This document shows positions 1 to 6,567 of a stretch of 16,737 bases of DNA, piece by piece. The notes under the pieces were generated by a model. The model did no database searches. It was not told where the DNA came from and saw nothing but the letters and a program-made list of their open reading frames with translations. Source of the stretch: a virus (lineage: Duplodnaviria; Heunggongvirae; Uroviricota; Caudoviricetes; Crassvirales); IMG/VR virus record IMGVR_UViG_3300046331_000154. The stretch is one strand, 5' to 3'. Each line of letters starts with the position of its first letter. The stretch's first letter is position 1. A program made the position numbers and the translations under genes.

Positions 1-1
1 A

Positions 2-169
2 GAAATAAAAGATTTTGAACCTAAAGGAAATAAAATGTTAGAATTAATTCCTTCTAAAAATGGTTATCATATAATTACAAATCCTTTTAATTTAGAATTT
101 TTTAATCATATTTGTAATGATGAAATAGAAGTTCATAAAGATAATCCAACTAATTTATATATACCTTAA
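2..169 (+). CDS. Partial CDS (3' end), hypothetical phage protein
   Basis: Open frame from the window edge: EIKDFEPKGNKMLELIPSKNGYHIITNPFNLEFFNHICNDEIEVHKDNPTNLYIP*. Its TAA (167-169) abuts the primase ATG at 170. Not in the ORF track. Confidence 0.75.
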   Translation, partial: EIKDFEPKGNKMLELIPSKNGYHIITNPFNLEFFNHICNDEIEVHKDNPTNLYIP

Positions 170-1204
170 ATGTATAATTTCAAAATAAAAACATTTATAT
201 CTGAAGAAAATTTATTACAATTTATATCAGATTATGATGTTTACAAGTATTACATTGGTGATTTTAAAATAGGTCAAGCATTTAATTCACCGTTTCGTAA
301 AGATAATCACGCATCATTTAATATAGGTTATAATCCAGTTACAAATAGATTATATTATAATGATTATATATTAGGAGGTGGTAGATTTATTATGTTTGTA
401 ATGTATAGATTTAATCTTACATATCGTGAAGCTTGTAATAAAATTGTAATTGATTTAAATTTAGAAGATAAATTTCATTTATTTTCAATTGATAAAATAT
501 TAACAAAAGAATCTAAACAATTTGTAAAATGTAATGATGGAGATATTAAAAAATTTAAATCTGAAACAATACTTACTGCAAAAATTAGAGAGTGGCAAGA
601 TTATGATTTTGAATTTTGGAATCAGTATGGTATATCTAAAGTTACATTAAATAAATATAATGTTCAACCTGTAAAATATTCTATGATAGGAGATAAAATA
701 TTTAAATTAGATCGTTATGCTTATGTTTTTATTGAACATAAAGATAATGAAAAAACATTAACAATATATCAACCATATAGTGATAAACAAAAATGGACTA
801 AAAATCATAATGCTTCAGTATGGTATGGTTGGACACAACTTCCAGAAAAAAGTGATATATTAATTATTACTAAATCTAGAAAAGACATAATGTCTATAAC
901 AGAACAAACAGGAATACCTGCAACAGGATTACAAAATGAAAAAATAATTCCTAAAGAAAATGTATTACAAGAATTAAAAAATAGATTTAAAACAATATAT
1001 ATTCTTTATGATAATGATTTTGACAAACCTGTAAATTGGGGTAGACAATTTGGACAAAAATTTTCAGAAGAATGTGATTTAAGACAAATTGAAATTCCAG
1101 ATGAATATCAATCAAAAGATTTTAGTGATTTAGTAGAAAACCACGGTATAGAAATTGCTAGAAAAGTATTATTTACTTTAATAGATGATTCATTACCATT
1201 TTAA
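170..1204 (+). CDS. Phage DNA primase (DnaG-type, TOPRIM domain)
   Basis: N-terminal SPFRKDNHASF primase-like segment; TOPRIM-like motifs LIITKSRKDIM and ILYDND; C-terminal SKDFSDLV (KDxxD). Confidence 0.85.
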   Translation: MYNFKIKTFISEENLLQFISDYDVYKYYIGDFKIGQAFNSPFRKDNHASFNIGYNPVTNRLYYNDYILGGGRFIMFVMYRFNLTYREACNKIVIDLNLEDKFHLFSIDKILTKESKQFVKCNDGDIKKFKSETILTAKIREWQDYDFEFWNQYGISKVTLNKYNVQPVKYSMIGDKIFKLDRYAYVFIEHKDNEKTLTIYQPYSDKQKWTKNHNASVWYGWTQLPEKSDILIITKSRKDIMSITEQTGIPATGLQNEKIIPKENVLQELKNRFKTIYILYDNDFDKPVNWGRQFGQKFSEECDLRQIEIPDEYQSKDFSDLVENHGIEIARKVLFTLIDDSLPF

Positions 1205-1216
1205 AACAAAATAATT

Positions 1217-1318
1217 ATGACGTTATTTCAAATACAAATAATATTGGCAATTAGTTTAATTGTAAATATTATTACAATAAATTGGATACTTGCTTTAAAA
1301 ATTAAAAAATATTTATAA
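1217..1318 (+). CDS. Small hydrophobic protein (33 aa)
   Basis: MTLFQIQIILAISLIVNIITINWILALKIKKYL*: one hydrophobic stretch plus a basic tail. The ataattATG start context is identical to that at 6568, and the ORF fills the intergenic gap. Confidence 0.55.
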   Translation: MTLFQIQIILAISLIVNIITINWILALKIKKYL

Positions 1319-1320
1319 AA

Positions 1321-1452
1321 ATGATAAAAACTAATAAAAAAAGAAACAAAAGTGAATTTAGAGAAGTTATAGAATCTGTAAAATATATGACTAAAAATTT
1401 AAACGATATAGAAAACCCACTACCAAAAATTAAAATAAATAAAAATGAATAA
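1321..1452 (+). CDS. Small basic hypothetical protein (43 aa)
   Basis: MIKTNKKRNKSEFREVIESVKYMTKNLNDIENPLPKIKINKNE*. Starts 2 nt after the previous stop and overlaps the next ATG by 8 nt, consistent with translational coupling. Confidence 0.5.
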   Translation: MIKTNKKRNKSEFREVIESVKYMTKNLNDIENPLPKIKINKNE

Positions 1453-1831
1453 AGAAGAATTAGAATATTATTTTGTATATGGTACTTTAAAACGTGGATA
1501 TGGTAATAATAGAATATTACAACAATCATCTACCGCACAATTTATTGAAAAAGGTATTACTTCTCCAGAATTTAATTTATATCACTTAGGTGGATTTCCT
1601 GGAGTTACAGAGAATGGTGACACCGCAGTGCATGGAGAAATATGGTCTGTGCAAGATGTTGAAACAAAACGTCGTTTAGATATGTTAGAGGGATATTACA
1701 AAGAAGCACCTACAGAAGGACTTTATAATAAAAAAATAATTGAAATAAATAATAAACAAGTAAATATTTATTTAATAAATAGATATAATAACGAAAAAAA
1801 CAAAATAAAATCAGGTAAATGGGAACGTTAA
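1445..1831 (+). CDS. Gamma-glutamylcyclotransferase family protein (AIG2/YtfP-like)
   Basis: Signature YFVYGTLKRG, plus LYHLGGFPG, VHGEIW, LDMLEGY and LY motifs of the GGCT-like fold. Confidence 0.92.
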   Translation: MNKEELEYYFVYGTLKRGYGNNRILQQSSTAQFIEKGITSPEFNLYHLGGFPGVTENGDTAVHGEIWSVQDVETKRRLDMLEGYYKEAPTEGLYNKKIIEINNKQVNIYLINRYNNEKNKIKSGKWER

Positions 1832-2808
1832 AATTAAGAGAATTATCATTGATACATAATACAAAAACAAGTTTATCTGGAAGTGCGGGTATTACAGTAT
1901 ACACATATTGTAATTTTAGAGAATTTGAATTTAAAGGACTTGTAAGTAAAACAAATTATGGAAACTATGGTTGTTGTACTTCAACAGCACCAATAAATAA
2001 TACAAACTCACAACAATATGAAAATATGTTTGTAGGTTTAGAAACTAGATTTTTCCCAAGTTCATATAGAAACATGAAATTAGTTACAGAATGGGTTGAT
2101 TTTATGAATAATTTGTTTCCATTTTTTGATATTAAAATTATAACAGATTTTGAACAAAATATTATTGATAAAAACTATTGGGTAGAACAAGGTTTACGAT
2201 TTACTTTTAATAAAGATAAAATTTATTTTGTAATTAAAAAAGATATTACAAGAAATCAATATTTTAATTTATTTCAGTTATCATTATTAAGATACTTTGT
2301 GTCAAATGAATATTATTTTATGATATATGATTGTTTAAGATTAAGAAAATTAAAATCTTTATCTAAATTATCAAATTGGCAAATAATGGATATTGCAAGA
2401 TTTGGTGTGCAAACAAATACTACACAATTTATAAACGTGGGTAATTCATCATATGAATATGCTTTTTTGAGAGATTATAGAAGTCCTATTTTTAACAGAT
2501 TTTATGCAACTAATTTATCTACGGAAACAGAAGTTGTTAAAAAATTAAACGATGGTAATTCACAAAACAATGCCTGTTCAAATCATCATTTGGCTTTAAA
2601 TGTTATTTATTTAATGAAATTATTTCAATTAGGTCATTATATTAAACTATATAAATTAATCAATAATCCAAAATATTTTATTATTGAAAATAAAGAAAAA
2701 CCTAAACAGTTATTGTTTTTTATACAACAAACTTACGGGGGTAATCAACAATTTGATAGAATAAATAACTTACCATTTAATCAAAAAGAATATGAAAAAA
2801 CACTTTAA
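1819..2808 (+). CDS. Hypothetical protein (329 aa) within the amide-ligation cluster
   Basis: Long ORF overlapping both neighbours (13 nt and 17 nt). No family motif recognised. Confidence 0.8.
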   Translation: MGTLKLRELSLIHNTKTSLSGSAGITVYTYCNFREFEFKGLVSKTNYGNYGCCTSTAPINNTNSQQYENMFVGLETRFFPSSYRNMKLVTEWVDFMNNLFPFFDIKIITDFEQNIIDKNYWVEQGLRFTFNKDKIYFVIKKDITRNQYFNLFQLSLLRYFVSNEYYFMIYDCLRLRKLKSLSKLSNWQIMDIARFGVQTNTTQFINVGNSSYEYAFLRDYRSPIFNRFYATNLSTETEVVKKLNDGNSQNNACSNHHLALNVIYLMKLFQLGHYIKLYKLINNPKYFIIENKEKPKQLLFFIQQTYGGNQQFDRINNLPFNQKEYEKTL

Positions 2809-3235
2809 ACTTGAAGAAATAACAATAGGTTCAGATCTTGAAATGTTTATTACTGATCACGATGACAATTTACAATCTGCAATAGGTGTATTTGGTGGTA
2901 CTAAAAAAGAACCAAAATATATTGGAGAACTATGCCATATTCAAGAAGATAATATTCTTGTGGAAGCAAATATTCCACCAGTAGATAATTTTGAAGATTT
3001 TTATAAATATATAAGTTATATTAAATCCTACATTAATGAAAATCATTCAGAATATAAATTAAAATATTCTAGCAGTGAAATAGCACCAATGAATTTATTA
3101 TTTAATGAAAAAGCTAGAGAATTTGGTTGTGAACCTGTATTAATTGTAGATTACGATAACAATAATGATATAATACCAGATAATGATTTTGAAGAAAGTA
3201 TTGAAATTAAACGTCAAAGTAATAAAAGAACGGGT
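2792..3235 (+). CDS. phiEco32-like COOH-NH2 ligase type 2, exon 1 (join 2792..3235,4430..4765; 259 aa)
   Basis: Motifs ITIGSDLEMF, SAIGVFGGTK, IQEDNILVEANIPP and AREFGCEP. Homology ends at KRTG, where the intron P1 helix begins. Confidence 0.85.
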
Positions 3236-3338
3236 GAAGTGCTTGCCCGATAATATATGAAAATATATTATGAGAATTGAACAAAATCGGTGAATGAGAA
3301 GTATAATATAAATAAATTATAAAATAAATTAAATTTTA

Positions 3339-3370
3339 CTTGACTTTTGTATTTTTATTTCGTATCTTTG
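3339..3370 (+). promoter_or_regulatory. Putative intron-internal promoter for the endonuclease
   Basis: TTG (3340-42), 20 nt, then TATCTTTG (3363-70) fits the Bacteroidota -33/-7 consensus (TTG/TAnnTTTG) and lies 21 nt upstream of ATG 3392. The motif can arise by chance in AT-rich DNA, so position is the main support. Confidence 0.6.
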
Positions 3371-3391
3371 GTGTATAAAAACACTTTAAAT

Positions 3392-4225
3392 ATGACAAAT
3401 TTACAAAAAGAAGTAATAAAATTACTTAAACAAGGTTTAATACCTTCAGATGTTGCTAAAAAATTAAATAAAAATAAATCAACTGTACACTCTGTAATTA
3501 AAAGATATCCAGATATTATTGGTAATTATAACAAAACCATGAATACTTGTGATCATAATTATTTTGACAATATAAATACAGAAGAAAAAGCATATTTATT
3601 GGGATTTTTCATTGCTGACGGATATATTTCAACAAATAGTACAAGAATGGGTGTTTTAATTCAATCTAATGATGATGTTGTATTAAAATGTATACAATCT
3701 AGTTTTGCACCTAATAATAAAATTTATACTAAAAATCTTAGTACTAATAAAATTATTAGAAAAACTCAATCTAAAATTAGATGGTGTAGTGTACATATGA
3801 AAAATATTTTAATTAATAAATATAAAATATTACCAAATAAAACATATGATTCTACATTTAATTTCCCCTTTGAAACAATACCTAATAATTTAAAACGACA
3901 TTTTATAAGAGGTTTTATTGATGGTGATGGAAGTTTTGAATCACATAATGGTATTTTTACAATGACATTAGTTGGAACATCTCAAATATTTATGCAACAA
4001 TTTGGTGAACAAATATTATTATTAGATAATGATATGAAATTAAATATTAAAGAAGTACAAGGTAAAACAATTAATTGGTTTACGTTAAGATTTAATATGT
4101 TTGGACGAAATAAACCTGAAAAAGTAATGAAAATTTATAATTATTTATATCAAGATTCAACAATTTTTTTACAAAGAAAAAAAGATAAAATTGAATCTTA
4201 TCTTAAATACCGAGGTAAATTATAA
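3392..4225 (+). CDS. Intron-encoded LAGLIDADG homing endonuclease with N-terminal HTH (277 aa)
   Basis: Two LAGLIDADG-like helices (AYLLGFFIADG, HFIRGFIDGDG) and an N-terminal HTH-like segment (PSDVAKKLNKNKSTVHSVIKR). ATG 3392 is preferred over the track's TTG at 3347, which lies inside the promoter. Confidence 0.9.
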   Translation: MTNLQKEVIKLLKQGLIPSDVAKKLNKNKSTVHSVIKRYPDIIGNYNKTMNTCDHNYFDNINTEEKAYLLGFFIADGYISTNSTRMGVLIQSNDDVVLKCIQSSFAPNNKIYTKNLSTNKIIRKTQSKIRWCSVHMKNILINKYKILPNKTYDSTFNFPFETIPNNLKRHFIRGFIDGDGSFESHNGIFTMTLVGTSQIFMQQFGEQILLLDNDMKLNIKEVQGKTINWFTLRFNMFGRNKPEKVMKIYNYLYQDSTIFLQRKKDKIESYLKYRGKL

Positions 4226-4429
4226 TTTTAAAAGATTATAATCACCGTAACGCATAGGTACTGAAACCAAAACTAAAAGACTTTATAGTCTCTTTTTTTA
4301 TGGAATAAAATGTACCCACGAGTGTTCAACACCTAAACGTAAAGTCGTAGGTGAAAATATATGCTGAACTATAAGAATAACTAGACTTATAGAACTAAAA
4401 GATAAAAAGCTTTTAGGATAACAAAATTG

Positions 4430-4765
4430 GGGTTCCACATTCATATAGGTTATAAAAATCCCACACAAAAAATATCTAGAGAAATTGTAAAATTATTTGA
4501 AAAAAATGTTACTTTACAATTATTAAAAATAGATATTGATGAAAATAATCGTAGAGAATTTTATGGTAAATGTGGAGAATATCGTATAAAACCATATGGT
4601 TTAGAGTGCCGATCTTTAGGTAGTGCTTTATTAAAAGATGAAAACACATTAAAATTAGTTTGGGATGGTGTACAAAAAACTATTACGGAATTTAATAATG
4701 GAGAAAGAGTTTCTACTGAAGAATTTGAGATAATTAAAGATTTAATTAATAATTATAAAAATTAA
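4430..4765 (+). CDS. phiEco32-like COOH-NH2 ligase type 2, exon 2
   Basis: GFHIHIGY and RREFYGKCGEYRIKPYGLECRSL are the C-terminal motifs of the family. The only apparent start, TTG 4427, is the intron 3' end. Confidence 0.85.
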   Translation, partial: GFHIHIGYKNPTQKISREIVKLFEKNVTLQLLKIDIDENNRREFYGKCGEYRIKPYGLECRSLGSALLKDENTLKLVWDGVQKTITEFNNGERVSTEEFEIIKDLINNYKN

Positions 4766-4807
4766 AATAAAAAAAAACAGTTAAAAATAGAAATAAAAGA
4801 AAAATAA

Positions 4808-6565
4808 ATGATACAAATAATAATAATTTTTGCAATTATGCAAATCGGGTTTAACTTATTGTTTAAACCAAAATATAATCAGTTGTGCTGTGGATTATTT
4901 GGAGCAGCAGCGGATGATGTTAGTAAAATAAATATTAACAAATTAAAAATTTTAGGTATTTATAATGATATTAGAGGTGGACATTCTTGTGGAATATCTA
5001 TTGATGGTGACATTATTGTAGGAACTTATAAAAATAAACTATTTAAAGACTTTATTTCAGAATTTGATATTAGTGGACCAGATACATTACCTGTTGTTTT
5101 AGGACATACAAGAATGGCAACTGGTGGTGCACACACTGAAGATAATGCCCATCCTTTTGGATTTGGTACAAATGGAGACTTTTATGATTTTATTGGTACA
5201 CATAACGGTACACTTCATAATGAAGACGATTTAGCTGAAGAATATAATGTAAATACTAAAATTTCTGTATTTAAAAATAATATTATGACAAATCGATTTA
5301 AAATTGATTCTGAAATATTATTAGAAATAATATATGAAAATGGATTTAAAGTATTAGAAAAATATGATGGTGCCGCAGCATTAGCAATGTATAATACTAA
5401 AAAACCACAAATTTTATATTTGTATCACGGTGCTTCACAAAAAACATTACACAGTACGGTGTTAATTGAAGAAAGACCTTTGTTTTATTATCAAGAATCT
5501 GAAAATGTAATTTATTATTCTTCATTAAAAAATTCACTAGAAGCAATTAATGATACAAATGGTGAAATTGGAGAACTTGAACACAATGTTGTTTATGAGA
5601 TTAGAAAAGGTAATTTAAAAACAGCTAAAAAACACATTATTGATAGAGGTAAAGCAAAACAAATTAATTCGAGTTGTTCATATCAGAAACATACACCAAT
5701 AGATTATGATAAAAAAGAATGGTGTTCTAATCTTAGAAAATGGGTAGATAAAGTAATACCTCAAGATAATAAAGTAAAAGAATATGATAATACAAAATTA
5801 TTATCTAATTCTAATAATATTTTAAAGAATCATTTTAATATTACTAAAAAACAAATTAACACTACAAATAAAAATGATGTTTATTATGAAAATTTAAGAT
5901 TTTTTATGGACGATAAATTACTTCACGGTATATATGTAGTAAATAAAGAAAATAAATTAATAAGAGTTTGTGAATTTGAAAGTTTATTTAATACTCTTTA
6001 CGAATTGTTAGATGAAACTACTGATAAATTATATAAAAATCCAGTAAAAGTGTATTTTGTAAATGGTATACAAATGATTTCTATTAATGATTACACACAA
6101 CTACATTCAAATTATACAAAATTTACCACAGAGCAAATTAGCTATTGTTCTGTTTATCCTATAAATACATTAGAAGTTGAAAACTCTCTTTGTTATTTTA
6201 AAGGTAATTTAGCAACTATTACTTTTACACCATTTTTTGGAAAAGATGTTATTAAACTTGTTAATGGTATATGTAGAGAAATTTATAAAAAACCTCAAAA
6301 TTTTAATATTAATAATTTATTTGTAGAAGAAGATATTAAATTAACAAAAAAAATAGAAGATTTAAATTCTTTAACGATGTCTTATGACGAAACTAAAAAT
6401 GATGATAACGTAATGTTGGAATTATATAAAGAAAATATATTAGCAACTGTAGAATATTGTTACGAAGATTTAGATGTTAGTGTTAACGATAATTATGTAC
6501 AAAGTCAATTAAAAAACAAATTTGAAAAAATAAAAGAATTTGTAACAAACCTATTAACAATATAA
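4808..6565 (+). CDS. Class II (Ntn) glutamine amidotransferase-domain protein with N-terminal leader and long C-terminal extension
   Basis: Motifs CGLFG, RGGHSCG, GHTRMAT, AHPF, HNGTL and DSE in the expected order. The start could be 4808 or 4838. Confidence 0.88.
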   Translation: MIQIIIIFAIMQIGFNLLFKPKYNQLCCGLFGAAADDVSKININKLKILGIYNDIRGGHSCGISIDGDIIVGTYKNKLFKDFISEFDISGPDTLPVVLGHTRMATGGAHTEDNAHPFGFGTNGDFYDFIGTHNGTLHNEDDLAEEYNVNTKISVFKNNIMTNRFKIDSEILLEIIYENGFKVLEKYDGAAALAMYNTKKPQILYLYHGASQKTLHSTVLIEERPLFYYQESENVIYYSSLKNSLEAINDTNGEIGELEHNVVYEIRKGNLKTAKKHIIDRGKAKQINSSCSYQKHTPIDYDKKEWCSNLRKWVDKVIPQDNKVKEYDNTKLLSNSNNILKNHFNITKKQINTTNKNDVYYENLRFFMDDKLLHGIYVVNKENKLIRVCEFESLFNTLYELLDETTDKLYKNPVKVYFVNGIQMISINDYTQLHSNYTKFTTEQISYCSVYPINTLEVENSLCYFKGNLATITFTPFFGKDVIKLVNGICREIYKKPQNFNINNLFVEEDIKLTKKIEDLNSLTMSYDETKNDDNVMLELYKENILATVEYCYEDLDVSVNDNYVQSQLKNKFEKIKEFVTNLLTI

Positions 6566-6567
6566 TT

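Larger units (their letters stand above)
3236..4429 (+). mobile_element. Group I self-splicing intron carrying a homing endonuclease
   Basis: P1: CGGGU(3231-3235) pairs with GCCCG(3245-3249), U3235.G3245 wobble at the 5' splice site. P2: UAAUAUAU-GAAA-AUAUAUUA (3251-3270). P3: UUGAACA(3277-83)/UGUUCAA(4323-29). P4: UCGGUG(3287-92)/UACCGA(4208-13). P5: UGAGA(3295-99)/UCUUA(4201-05). P6: GGU(4214-16)/ACC(4244-46). P7: GCAUA(4252-56)/UAUGC(4360-64). P8: CACCUA(4330-35)/UAGGUG(4348-53). P9 hairpins at 4369-4392 and 4395-4416. Terminal G4429. Removal restores an in-frame RTG|GFHIHIG. Confidence 0.93.

Noticed and set aside
2020-2060. VGLETR in the 329-aa ORF resembling the amidoligase GVELET motif
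   Set aside because: No downstream DGS, HxH or ExR motifs, so the match is probably coincidental.
3347-3391. 15-aa N-terminal extension of the endonuclease from TTG 3347
   Set aside because: It overlaps the predicted promoter, and ATG 3392 has the A-rich leader seen at other starts.
3236-4429. Intein or free-standing endonuclease insertion instead of an intron
   Set aside because: The upstream frame stops at 3253, there is no Cys/Ser...His-Asn intein boundary, and a full group I fold flanks the ORF.
4427-4765. Independent 112-aa gene starting at TTG 4427
   Set aside because: The TTG is the last three bases of the intron (terminal G4429), and the protein begins in the middle of a catalytic motif. 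It is exon 2.
4766-4807. Terminator between the ligase and the amidotransferase
   Set aside because: A-rich tract with no GC hairpin or U-run on the plus strand; more likely an unstructured translation-initiation leader.
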